A stretch of DNA of 62,976 bases, counting the filler, from Choristocarpus tenellus KU-1152 (Eukaryota > Protista > Phaeophyceae), in the NCBI GenBank assembly GCA_964200185.2. It is 15 parts of 15 records of this genome, joined end to end, with 100 filler letters (N's around TTAATTAATTAA, not from the genome) between each part and the next. Parts side by side here need not be neighbours in the genome. Positions count along the whole stretch, not along the records: positions 5,880 to 12,675 come from CAXNAD020007330.1; positions 12,776 to 16,506 come from CAXNAD020018257.1; positions 16,607 to 20,984 come from CAXNAD020014833.1; positions 21,085 to 27,582 come from CAXNAD020007995.1; 11 more parts are not named here. One strand, 5' to 3'. A program made the position numbers and the translations under genes. The number at the start of each line of letters is the position of its first letter. The first letter of the stretch is position 1. Positions 12,481 through 24,310 of the stretch are shown here, one piece after another. The notes below the pieces were generated by a model that ran no database searches, was not told the DNA's origin, and saw only the letters and a program-made list of their open reading frames with translations.

Positions 12481-13085
12481 CTGCTAGCCCTGGTGAAAAG
12501 ATCTGATTATTTTAGTTGAGAAATAATTAGTATGTTTACATGTTTAGGTTGTCCTCGTTGCTTAGTTGGTAAGGTATGGTTTGTGTGGTTTGAATCGTAG
12601 TAAGTTTTGTTAAAGTATCCCCAAAATCATCAAAGAGGGTAAAGGTGATAAACCCGGCGAGATTGCTTGGTGTCTNNNNNNNNNNNNNNNNNNNNNNNNN
12701 NNNNNNNNNNNNNNNNNNNTTAATTAATTAANNNNNNNNNNNNNNNNNNNNNNNNNNNNNNNNNNNNNNNNNNNNTGGGAGGAAAATAAAAGTTCACTTT
12801 TCCTTTTTTTGACCCAAAAGGACACCCTGGTGTAGACCCCCCCCCCCCCCCCCCAGATACTTTGGCTCTATCCAATAAACTCTCACTACCTCAAGACCCC
12901 CCATCCTCCCCGCCAAAAAAGTCTTTGTCTGTTCAAGCTCGCTGTACTGTGACAATTAAATTTTTTTTACCATGGACCACAGAGCTCATTTACGTGAAAT
13001 TCAATTGTCTTCCGTCTGTCTCCCTGGTAGCCCTTACACATTGTATACTTGGAGGGTTTTTTTTTCTACTATGTACATCATAACA

Positions 13086-13123
13086 TTAGGGTTAGGGTTA
13101 GGGTTAGGGTTAGGGTTAGGGTT
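13086..13123 (+). repeat. Interstitial telomeric repeat (TTAGGG)6
   Basis: Read directly. Shorter runs lie near 13886, 22170, 41186, 42117, 42943, 44755, 47124, 47868 and 61000. Confidence 0.95.
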
Positions 13124-13408
13124 GAGGCAAGGGCCCCACAAGCATCCCCTTCCCTATCATAACAACTTGTCCCACCCCAAACTCAGCACCCCTTCTCGGT
13201 AACCTTCGAGATAGCTTTGCTGCATACTTTAGTCTACACACTCAACTCTTAGTCCACTGCAGTATTCTTCTCCTTACTGAGTGAAGCGATGCCATTTCAA
13301 ATTCAGTTCAACTTTTCGTAATGGAACTCAACCTAAATCCCTCTACTTGTAGGAAAGATGTAGATTTACGTTGCACTCAATCCACTCCAATGAAAATTAA
13401 CATGTGAT

Positions 13409-13666
13409 GAGCAAAATCGTTTAAGAGGTTAGGGTCACGTCCATTCGGGGTCGAAGTCCAAGGATGCGATTTTGATTAATTTTGGCTATCATGTTTGTTG
13501 GCAAGTGCCAATATCCTCACTCCGGACACACCTTTCATAGTCGCATGCATTATAGGTAACTGTGTTCACACAGAAAACCGAAAAGGGCTTAAAAAACACC
13601 CATGGGAAGCCAAGCCTCCAACGGACAAACAGGGCAAAACTCCTACCCTCTTAAATGCTTTGGCTC
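13409..13666. mobile_element. MITE subfamily A' (AAAGCATTTAAGAGGG termini)
   Basis: Collinear with family A but with variant TIRs and a different central segment; no exact TSD (GAT/AAT). Confidence 0.85.
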
Positions 13667-14064
13667 AATAGACTTCATCCTAGAGGTCAGCAAGGTCAAC
13701 TTTGATGCTTTCACTTGGTGGAGAAAAAATTAGATGAACTGTGGGGAGTTCCTGATGATGCCCTAGTAGAGCTATCTAGTAGAGCTACTCCATAATACTT
13801 AAGTGTATGTGATTGTAGATGTTTCCACATATGTGCCCACCTTGAGTATTTAAACACATAATATTGTGGAACTTGCGTATAGAGATTAGGGTTAGGGTTA
13901 GAGGTCCAATTCAGGGGTACTCTCCATTAGCCATGATAGGGGGTGCAATTGGATGCACTCTTGTTACACATAACACAATTACGTTTCCTCTTTGTCTTAC
14001 CCCAATTTTTCATATGCCAAGCAAGGTGATGAATGTGATGATTCCTCCTCTTCCCAACTCGCAC

Positions 14065-15882
14065 CTGTACCTCCAACAAAGTTCTCGGTATGTTCCCTTG
14101 TTCAGCTTCTGCTGTTTCTCCACCTGCAGCACTTTCCTTCCCATCTGAAGGAGTAGAACTGGCAGCATCTACAATCTTGTTGCTGGTGTGAGTCAAAGGG
14201 GATGCCAGGTGTGTCGAGGAATCCTTCCAGTTCTCCCCCCCCCTCTCTACAACTGGCCTAAATAGGGGACCAACCGGAGAGGTATGTTTGGACAATGGTA
14301 TGAAGAATTTGACCGCTTTGTCCTGCTTCTGAGGGCCTGCCACTAACCTGAGAACCACAATGCAGTTGTGGAAGGGGGGAGGAGAGGGGGGGGAAACAAG
14401 GGTAAATAGATACAATATCAATGAGTCTGAGGAAAGTACTATTATGTCTAGGAAATCCTTGAACTCAATAAGGAACCCGGAGCACATGAATAGAACTGCT
14501 GTATAAATGTATCATCTCAATAGTGTCAAGCTTCTTCTATTCGGAACAACGGCTTGTTGTTCAAGCATCCAACATAGCAATGAGTTCCTTCAGTCCGATT
14601 GCATAATGTGCATCAGTTTGAGATGTTCCCTTTTGTACTTGCCCCACAACTTCTTGTGGCCTACCTTGTGTCAGCCCCTATTGCTTGGTCTACAATGCTC
14701 TTGCCCCAAGCTCTGGCTGTCTCAGCCCTCCTCATGAAAGACATATCCACAGACTTGCTTTCATTTTCTAGGGCGGGGTCAACAACTTCCCGTGGGGTTT
14801 TATCCTTCAAATGTATATTTGGTATTGGGGTGATGAGAAGATTTAGGGAATGGGTAAGATGTGGTCGATGAGCACCTAGAATGAGTATCCCTAAGTTTGT
14901 GCAGTTCACACATCTTCTCTCTAACCACGATTCCCACTCTGCACATCTAAGTCAGCAATCTGACAATGGCATGAAAGGTCAAAGAGTTTTTTTCTTCTTG
15001 TCAGGGGTTGTTAGGAAGCTGGGTGTACACTACACAAAGAATTGCACCCGGTTTCACTGCACAAGAAATGGGAGACTCTGCACCCGGGTCAATTTTGTAA
15101 GGTGTTTCAAACACTGTGTATGCTTTGCAATACGGTCGTGTGTGTGTGTGAGTGACTCAAAATTCTCACCCCCTCCCTCCACGTGTCTGAAGAAGGTTCT
15201 CCATTAGCTACAACCCGATGCTCCAACTGCTGGGGGTAGTCGGTGTTATGCGAAGGGACCTCAGCGAGTCTGTCTTCCGACGCGATTAACAGAAAAGATG
15301 AGAAAACACTTTTTCAGAGAAGCTGCGTCGCAGAAAGATTCAACGTGGGTGAGAGGTATAATACAGATACATACATATATAGAGAGTACATACATATAAT
15401 TGGCTCTTACGGAAAAAATCGAGGGCAGATTTTTGGTAGAAATTTTGATAAACGAGTAGATACGTGTTTGCTCAACTCGAAATTACGTGTGTGGACAAAA
15501 TAATGACCTCGACCTAAGCTCACCCTGGAAAAGCTACCGAAGTGAGAAGGAACGTGGTTGAGAGGATCAGGCCAGCCAAGTCGGCTTTGCCATTCCCGAA
15601 AGCACTCAACCAATTGCCACGGTCAGCCCCTGTCACGGTAGGTGCTACAAGGTCTTGGCGGGGAGTTTCATCGCGTTCTTTTCTTAACTTCTCCCCTACA
15701 TCGTCTGACATCTCCAGCATTGTCCGTGATCTCAGTTTCTCGTATGTTCCATAGGCTCTAAACAAACTGCGCATCGAGGATGTAGGTGGGAGACGCCATG
15801 CCCCGTCGAAAACAGCGAAGGATTCGATTGTGGTGACAATTTCACTGGACAGAAGGCACAATGGGAGGAGCCAACGGCCCAT
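14065..15882 (-). CDS. Plastid-targeted (possibly thylakoid-lumenal) hypothetical protein, first four exons; 3' end unresolved
   Basis: Phase-consistent exons 15882-15524, 15269-15170, 14804-14665 and 14347-14065. A signal peptide ends near IES-F, followed by an Arg/Ser-rich transit region and a second hydrophobic stretch ending FPGLA. Confidence 0.65.
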
Positions 15883-16927
15883 CTTTGCGGTGGTTTCTCA
15901 AGAGAGTCAAAACAGAAAAGAACAGGGTCTGTTACGCAGCAATGCTTTCAGCCGCTAAAGCTCTATACCTGTATGACGAGATGTGGGATCTCGACGACAG
16001 ATCATGAGCCCGTTACATTACGTAACGGAAGGGCTCTTGAGCATACGCGCGATTACGCACGTTCATGTACTCGTCCTTCCTTTCTTATTGGTTGACAAGT
16101 TTTTGTGTAATATGATAGTTTTCATTGGTTTTTCCCCCTGACACATCTGGAAAATGTCAGAGGTCAAAATAATAAAAATATATGTTGTTAACAGGATTTT
16201 GTGTTTGCCAAAACAAGATACAGCGCAATTTTCACCTAATCTCTATACCCTTCATACACCCACATCTCCACATACATGCGAATATGACTCGTAGTATCAT
16301 CTGGGGGGGGGGGTAGCGGCTGTCCATTTGGGGTCAATTTTTTTATGTTGCGATTTTTGGGTGATTTGGTTGCATAAGCCGGATGGATGATGATGTAAAT
16401 GCACTTTTCCTGATTTTGGTGTACATGGACACCCTGGTGTAGCCACCCCCCCCCCCCCCCCACGTACTTTGGGGTTTTGGGACATCCGCGGACGATGAGG
16501 GGCCCCNNNNNNNNNNNNNNNNNNNNNNNNNNNNNNNNNNNNNNNNNNNNTTAATTAATTAANNNNNNNNNNNNNNNNNNNNNNNNNNNNNNNNNNNNNN
16601 NNNNNNCAAATGGACAGCCGCCACCCCCTCCCAGATACTTTGAGCCACAAATGTGACTGGATCTAGTTGTTTCTTTTTTCACAGTGTATAGAATTTTTTG
16701 TTGCCCGAGATAGAGTGACCCACTCACGAATTTTATTGTCTTTATTAACCTCGTCTTGATATCTTATCCCAAGAAAATTTTAACAGTATAATGGCCAGCA
16801 AACCACACTGTTTAGAAAATTAGAAAGGTGGGATGATGGGGAGCTGCTCATCTGTGCAGTCGACAAGAAATATATACATATATATCCTCTAACATTTGAA
16901 GGGGGAGAGGGTTATGAATTGGTAGAA

Positions 16928-17185
16928 GACTCAAAGCATTTAAGAGGGTAGGAGTTTGCCCTGTTTGTCCATTCGGGGCTTGGCTTCCCATGGAAGGTTT
17001 ATGCCCATTTTCGGTTTTCTGTGTGAACACGGTTACCTAAAATGTGTATGACTATGAAAGGTGAATCTGGAGCAAAGATATTGGCACTTGCTAACAAACA
17101 CAACAGCCAAAATTCATCAAAATCGCAACATTGGATTTATGACCCCGAATGGACTCGACCCTACCCCTCTTAAATGCATTGACTC
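16928..17185. mobile_element. MITE subfamily A', full copy
   Basis: GACTCAAAGCATTTAAGAGGGTA ... CTCTTAAATGCATTGACTC with a 4-bp TSD AGAA; reverse-complement homologue of 13409-13666. Confidence 0.88.
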
Positions 17186-17189
17186 AGAA

Positions 17190-18950
17190 AGGACTTCGAA
17201 GTATATTCCCAAGTCACAACAACCCAGCCAATTCACCATCCCTGTGAAAACAATAGCGTGTAGACCTCCATGACAGTGGCATCGTTTCAGAAAATATAGA
17301 AACAAAGCATTCATTTGAGGCTTCAGTTTTGGAGTAAGTGAAACACAATTTGCCTTGGTTGAATGGTTGACATAAGTGTTGATTGCTGCTGAGAGCAAAA
17401 GTACCTTCAGTTTTTCAATCAATTCAGAATGCACATTCAAACCAAGCAAAGAGGCATGGACATTGTCAAAATTGTGTAGTGAATTGCGTCTTCTTTCCAT
17501 GTACTCCAGGGTAAGCAAATACCAGATGCCTACATTGGGCAGCACCACGTGAGGCACTCACATTATCATCAGGAATACCTACAAAAATCTGATCTCCGAG
17601 GAAGTTCACTCCAACCACATGATTCCTTGTATGGTTTAGAGCACCGTTGGTGAGCTTGAAGTACTGGGAATATGTCAACTCTCCTGTTGAAATGTTTCGA
17701 TCCCACTCCACCAAGGTCCCATTTTCCGATATGCTTATGTATAGCTGGAATGCACAGACCGGTGTGATGGGGAGTACCTCAGATTGATACCATCCCTCAC
17801 ACATCAATGAAACGGTTGAGTCTCAATTGCTGAGTTGGGTGTGAAGGAAAGATACCTTGTTGCGTAATCAACCTCATAGTGTGCGAACTTTTCACAACAT
17901 GGGAACTGTGTTGTGAAACATGGTGCAGGCTTTGCGTTTAATAATTGCTTCATTCCTGGGGTCGACATTGCTGTTACATGTTGCACTGAAGTTGTGAGGA
18001 GGCAGCCAACGTACCTGCAGTACAAAAAGTTGAAACACTAAGATACTCCCTTCCCTGGGGGTATCGTCCACCCTCCTCAAAACATGTTTTTGGGCATTAC
18101 TTCCTAAACAATGACTTCCTGAGCTGTTCTGTAATCTGTGACTCCACTGCAGGTTAAGCTCCAAAACTGCTAGCATGGTATTGTTACCATTGGAAATGAC
18201 TGACCAATAGAACCTATCTTTTGTCTTTGGTAGAACATTAGCCCCTCTCATTTCTCCATTGCCCAATGTGATATGTAGAGATCATAAAGTGGCACCTCTG
18301 CAATATTCCAAAAGTTCATCCCCTGCCTGTCCCCTCAGCTATATTGCAAGGTTGTCCTCCTTCATCAATACTACATGCATGTAACCGAATCCATATACTT
18401 CTCCATAGCACCATGTTTATCTTACCTCATTTTTCACACCCACCTGGTCACCATCAGGAGTGAAACCATACCCTTGCGCTTGGCTTGTGGTGGTCAGTTT
18501 TACCCAACTGGAAACATGTATCCTGCCAACAAAGTAGAAAGAAGGCAAGGTCATGCTACGTTGCCCCCTACTCATCATGCAAATATCGAAGAACTAGCTT
18601 CAAAGTTGTCACGGTATATCTACTTCCCTTGTAGAAACATGTGGTGAGACTGTACAATGATTTTAACCAACCACAACAACCCAAGTAATATCTACCCCAA
18701 CAGGCAAGCATGTAGAGAAAGTCTTGGCGCCGCATTCCGACAAGAAGCTAAGAACCTGCAACAAGCGATTGTTTTTTTGCATGCATGGTGCATAAATGAT
18801 TTTGGGGTACATTCGTGGCAAGTGAGTCAAAATATACGAGAGGTATTCAGAGTTGCATTTTAAGGATGCCGGCAAATATGTACAAAATTCGTTTTTTTTT
18901 ACAAATGTGTGTAGGATATTTTCCCAATTGTGTCTAAAGGTTTCAAACAA
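17190..18950 (-). pseudogene. Long decayed, apparently intronless reading frame with a weak SET-like motif near its end
   Basis: A chain of overlapping minus-strand ORF fragments in shifting frames; FAYPG and YVNHSTKANC recall the SET motifs EYxG and FINHSCxPN. Weak evidence. Confidence 0.3.
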
Positions 18951-21199
18951 CAGAGAAAATAACTGTCTTAAGTCAAACCTTGCACTTTATCCATAAAAAC
19001 ATTAGTGAATTGCAAAATATTGAAAAACTGACATATAATGCAAAACGATAAAAAAAAAAAACTGGGCCCCTCTCGATTGCTTTAGCTCAGTGCAACTCCT
19101 TCTTTTACCACTCACACTCTGTAGGGATACTGGATTGAACCCTTCAAGCAGGAGTTAGGTGCATCGTTCATCGTTTTGCCTCTTCGTGCAAAGCAAGCGT
19201 TTTCTGTGACGGATAGGGATAATCTAACTATGTATTCTACGCCGGAAAAGCTTGTTTATTTATCCTCCTTCACATAGTTGATACTTCCATGTCAATGAGT
19301 TTCTTGGATGCGAGGTTTCTCTCCTACACAGTTTTCGCTCCACACACGATGGGATCTCAACATATTACACGATGTACCACCCCATCTCGGCGCATGTCAG
19401 TCACAACTCCACAATGAGTAAGAATAATTGTCTCGTGCGCAGAGGGCACAATATTTAGGATTTATTAACCTTCTTCACTTCCACTGAATTCCAGGCGAGA
19501 CCCTGTAGCGAACGGCCTGTACTATAGCAACAAAATGGAAGTCCCTGAAACCAATTCCTTGAGGGTCATGATCAGATATCTCGGCAACACCTCAGAGGCA
19601 TGCCGATACATGCAAGAAAGTATAGCTCCATGCGAAGAGATGTTGTTTCTTCTTGCCAGTAGTACAAATTTCGTACCAATGTGTTCTATGTTCTAGGGAG
19701 ACATGGATTATGCAATTGCCGATGAAGTCCTGCAACTGAGTTTGCTCCTATCAGCATGCCGACGAAGGAAGGAAATTCATCTTTTGATCGTACCAAAACC
19801 TTCTTGACCATGTATAAGGCAACTCGATGGAAGCAGTACCAATCGCCTGCTGACTCAACTTCGCCCATGTTGACTTACAAAGGAATATCAAATGCGTGGA
19901 GACATATCGACAATACGGTGAGAGTCCGGGTTGTGTACTCACAGTCCAGCATTGACAGATTTCCACAGCAAGACCAGAATCGCTGTGTAACAAACTCTCA
20001 TATTTCGACGTGGATGCCCCACTTGCCTCCGCTTGCTGCTTGATCGGCATGGAGAGGATGACCATTCACAGGGTTGCATCCATAGCACACGAAATCAGGT
20101 GGTTCGTTGTAAGGTCATATGGATCCTCTTGTGGTTTCTGATCGTAAAATCAAAGACTAAGCACAAATACTTACATGTAATATATTTCTCTCATTGAAAC
20201 GGCATGATCAAGAGGGAGGAAATAGGAAAAAATAGAAAATATAAAAACGAATCATCAAAGCTACATAAAATCAATTAATATTTCTATATTTGGAGTATTG
20301 AAATACGGGAATATACTAGTAGTGTAGAGAACATTTTACCCAGAATGTGTAGGCGTCTGTCTCAGACGGTATCCAACCATGGTGCTCATGCCTCCCTAGC
20401 TCCTCACCCTTGGGTGCAGGAATAGGTAGATCGGAGGCACAGGAAGGCAGAGGTACAACATATATATAATAGTGAAATAACAAATTGATTAGTGTTTATT
20501 ACATTTGTGACATATTTTTCTTTTTTAGGGTTTATACTGACATGTGAGTAGTTTTCATTGGTTTTCCCCCTGACACATGCGCAGAATGTCAGATGTCATA
20601 CTAATATATTCATACTCCAGAACACCATCGTTATAGCGAGTGTGATGGTAAGTAAATTTCGTTCCCTAAAAAATCTCAAGGGAAGGATTTTGGACGCGAT
20701 ATATATATTATTCTTGAAGGGTGGAGATAGATGTGGACACTCCCTAAAAAACAGATTAGAAGAGTGATTGTAATGGAGAAATGAAGTCTTACTATTGTGT
20801 ATCTTAGACGCAATAGGTGTCAAAAAGTCCTACTTAGTTTTCCTCCCAAACTCTGGATTAACTGTTACAGGCGATATATATGTCTTGATGGCGGTTTCAT
20901 AAACACCATTATGACATTGAAGTTCTAGACTTGATATATTTGTACTTCTTGACTATTCATTTATTATTTGATCATTATGGTCCCNNNNNNNNNNNNNNNN
21001 NNNNNNNNNNNNNNNNNNNNNNNNNNNNTTAATTAATTAANNNNNNNNNNNNNNNNNNNNNNNNNNNNNNNNNNNNNNNNNNNNCCCCACCTGCGACCAA
21101 ATCACACCAAAAAGTGAAATTCGAAAAAAGGGTTAAAAACGGACACCCCCCCCCCCCCCCCCCCCCCCAGATACTTTGACCCTGTGATTTTAAAAAACC

Positions 21200-21340
21200 G
21201 AATAACCATACCTTTTTCTCTTCAGTTATTCGGCTAATAACCATACCTTCTTCTGTTCAGTTATTCGGCCAATAACCATACCTTTTTTCTGTTCAGATAT
21301 TCGGCTAATAACAATACCTTCTTCTGTCCAGTTATTCAAC
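21200..21340. repeat. ~35-bp tandem repeat x4
   Basis: AATAACCATACCTTCTTCTGTTCAGTTATTCGGCT-like units, directly abutting with no spacers. Confidence 0.9.
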
Positions 21341-22599
21341 TATTCCCATTAATCAAACTGAAGCCGATTGAACAACTGCTATTCACAACACTACTACTAG
21401 ACATTTTCCACATTTGTCCAGGGAGGGGAAAAACAAGACCACAACTCTACGAGAAGGATTACTGTGGATGCAGCAATTGTCCTAAGACACCTCCCAAAAA
21501 TATCTATGTACCAATCAAAACCTAATACAACACAACAATGTCCCTTTACAGATTGTTCTCTGCTACTAAGAAATCTAGTATCATTCTATGATTCAAACCT
21601 AACACTACAAAGGTGGGTGAGGAGCTTGGGAAGCACTCCAATAATCTGTGAGGCCCCTTCTTGCCCATAGTGTATTTTTAGAGTTCAAACAATAGTACAT
21701 ATCATACGAAGGTGTTTTAGCATTGACGACAACTCTTGCATGTGCAGTACTCCCTTGTCATCTAGTTCTGCTCTTGGTTTTTTTCCCCCTGACATATCTT
21801 CAAAATGTCAGAAGGCATAATGATCCAATAATAATAATAATATCATTTATACCAGAAATATTCACAAGTACCAATAACGCCACATATTCAATACCACACC
21901 ATTATTGGACTCTTTCATCGTCAGACCGTTCTGCCTAATCGATTTCTAAATTAACCTCCCTAATTAACTCAATTTATTGTGGGTATTGCGAAGTGTAGGA
22001 AAGGTTAAGTGCAGGAAAGGTTTTTGTAGTCAAGAGGTCTACTGGGTACACTGGTGTGTACCCAGGATTATATGGTTACCCCACTCATACTTGCTAAATT
22101 GCGCAATATATATCATACCTTAAGAAGATTCTTTGGGTTAGGTTAGGTACAGTAGTGTTAAGGTTAGGAGTTAGGGTTAGAATAAATTTAATGAGTGGAG
22201 GCAGGGCACCCTATAAAACTGGGTACTCTGGATGCCCGGTAAGTAGATCTCCTTCTTGTCAATCGAGCAGAGCTGACAATTTGTTGACTTCCTTAGACAC
22301 CCAATTATGGAAGGACACCCAAACAGATTCCTGCACATTGTTTGCTGTTGATGTTCTTTACCTCGTGTATTCTTCTTGTTCCCAGGATGACAAGACATCT
22401 ACAAAAAGTCTGTAGGCATACAATACACAACCGCCGCCCAATAGCTGGATGTAGACAACAGGATGCAGGCACATCAACAATCATGCACACACATTACCCC
22501 GGGGCTGGAGAAACCTCAAGTACAGCACTCGCCAGCGGCCAGTAAGGCAACTGGGCAGTGCCTGCAAACGGATGGGTGTCCCTTGCACCCTGTAGAGTA

Positions 22600-23080
22600 G
22601 GAGCCCTTTCACCATCAACCAAAATACCCATGCGAATGCAAACTTTTATCCTGGGGCATTGTCTAACACAGCCACTACTCCTTACCCGGGAAAGACGCCT
22701 ACTACTGGACATGGCCTTCCCAGAAGTTCAAGTGGACTGACACCTCCCACATCCGTTGTTTAACAACACCATTGAAGCTGCCAAAGCTGAGGCCTGGACA
22801 TGCATAACAGCTACAACGATTCTAGTTCAACATCGTAGTTTTAACCTTTTGAAACACCTCCACTGTGACACCTCCATGGTGGAATGCTTCGGGCATCTGA
22901 GCACACACGGGCAGAGCAATTTCTGGATGATGAGCTGATCGCTCATCATGTGGTAGGTGGCAGGGGGTTGAGGATTTTGCTAGGGAGGGAGGAGTGAAGG
23001 ATCGCCTGTGACATATTGTGTCAGGCGCTGTAAAAAAAGCAAATCTCCCAGTGTGTTGTGTGGTTTAAGCTGGAGACACA
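22600..23080 (+). mobile_element. C-terminal restriction-like endonuclease region of a CRE/R2-group non-LTR retrotransposon, decayed
   Basis: Frameshifted peptides LLLDM..., VECFGHL..., DELIAHHVVGGRG...AREGGVKDRLxHIVS resemble the 'VESFGRLG..DELAxHVVGGR..KERLxQxVS' tail of algal REL-type elements, by eye. Confidence 0.5.
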
Positions 23081-23899
23081 TGAGGTCCGTGTGCTAGACA
23101 GGGCTTGACTGACTCATAGTTATCTTCCTTTGTTTCAAGGTCAACCTTCATTGGGCCAATTTAGGATCAGTTTCAGTTTCAGCCACAGCTACAGGTGCCA
23201 TATTAGTAGGTTTGTTGTTTTCTTGGTTCTACTTTCAAATACACTACAACCCTTGTTGTACCTGAGGGCTTTTCCAAAATAAATACAGACTCTAGAGCTG
23301 CAGTGTTTGTTGCTCTAGAGCTGTCGTGTTTGCTGCATCCTTCACTTTTTGTTTCTTATTCCCCCAATGACTCAATCCTCTCTGTGCCTGTATGCTTCTA
23401 AGTGCAGAGTAGAGGTAAGCGAATGGATGCAACTAGGATGTATGAACGGGAGGGGCGGTAAGCGAAGAGCACCTCTGTGCAATAGGGGTAACGCCGTGTG
23501 TGACACGATAGAGGGGTGCAACAGGGGTAACGCCATGTGTGACACGATAGAGTGGTGCAGTGCAGAGCAGGAGGTAAGGGTATAGTATACACCGACAACA
23601 CCTGCAAAATGTCCATGGTCATGATCACATAAAATAGGAAACCTTTACCGAGATAATTGAATACAACTATATATATATATTATATATATTATATATATTA
23701 TATTATATATATATATATAATACATACATGTAAGCATGTACAATGTACGAAAGACGCCGCGGAGTACGGACAAACCCAACCCACAATACTTTCAAAAACC
23801 TCCCCAAGGTGTGGAAACTCGACTGTTTTTATTGCTTTTTTCAAGGTCTACTGGGTACTGCTGGTAATATTGTGGTGTTCCATCCATCCTGGGCGCTGT

Positions 23900-24310
23900 C
23901 GGAGGCTGGCTTATCCATCCACCATATCAACACAATAAGTCCTTCCGGATGTCGATTTTGCAAAAGGTTCAGGTATGTCGATTAGCACTCGATTCATCTA
24001 CACAACACCAATGGAGTCACTTCTGCGACAGAGCTGCAAAAGCACACCGACCAAAGGGGAAATTTTTTTACCCCTGTAGTAGTTTTAATATCAATGTCTT
24101 CAAGGCGCTAAGTTTTAGGTGCCTAGGAAAGCAAGCAGAGGGTTTCCTCCCCAAGGTGGTCGCACACACAGCAGACAGGTGAGGGGGGGGGGAGGTATAT
24201 TTCGTAGGAAGGGAAGGAAGAGGACCCCAAAGAACGGTAAAAATAAGTCATCAGTTTAAAATCCCCAACCAGAGACCTTCCAGTCACGTACCGGGCGCAT
24301 GCACTGGTCA
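23900..24310 (+). mobile_element. Second decayed REL-type retroposon tail
   Basis: SFRCLGKQAEGFLPKVVAH...KERxKxVISL parallels the remnant at 22600-23080. Confidence 0.4.

Noticed and set aside
21200-21340. 35-bp repeats as a possible CRISPR array (likewise 51110-51388)
   Set aside because: The units abut with no unique spacers, there are no cas genes, and the context is eukaryotic.
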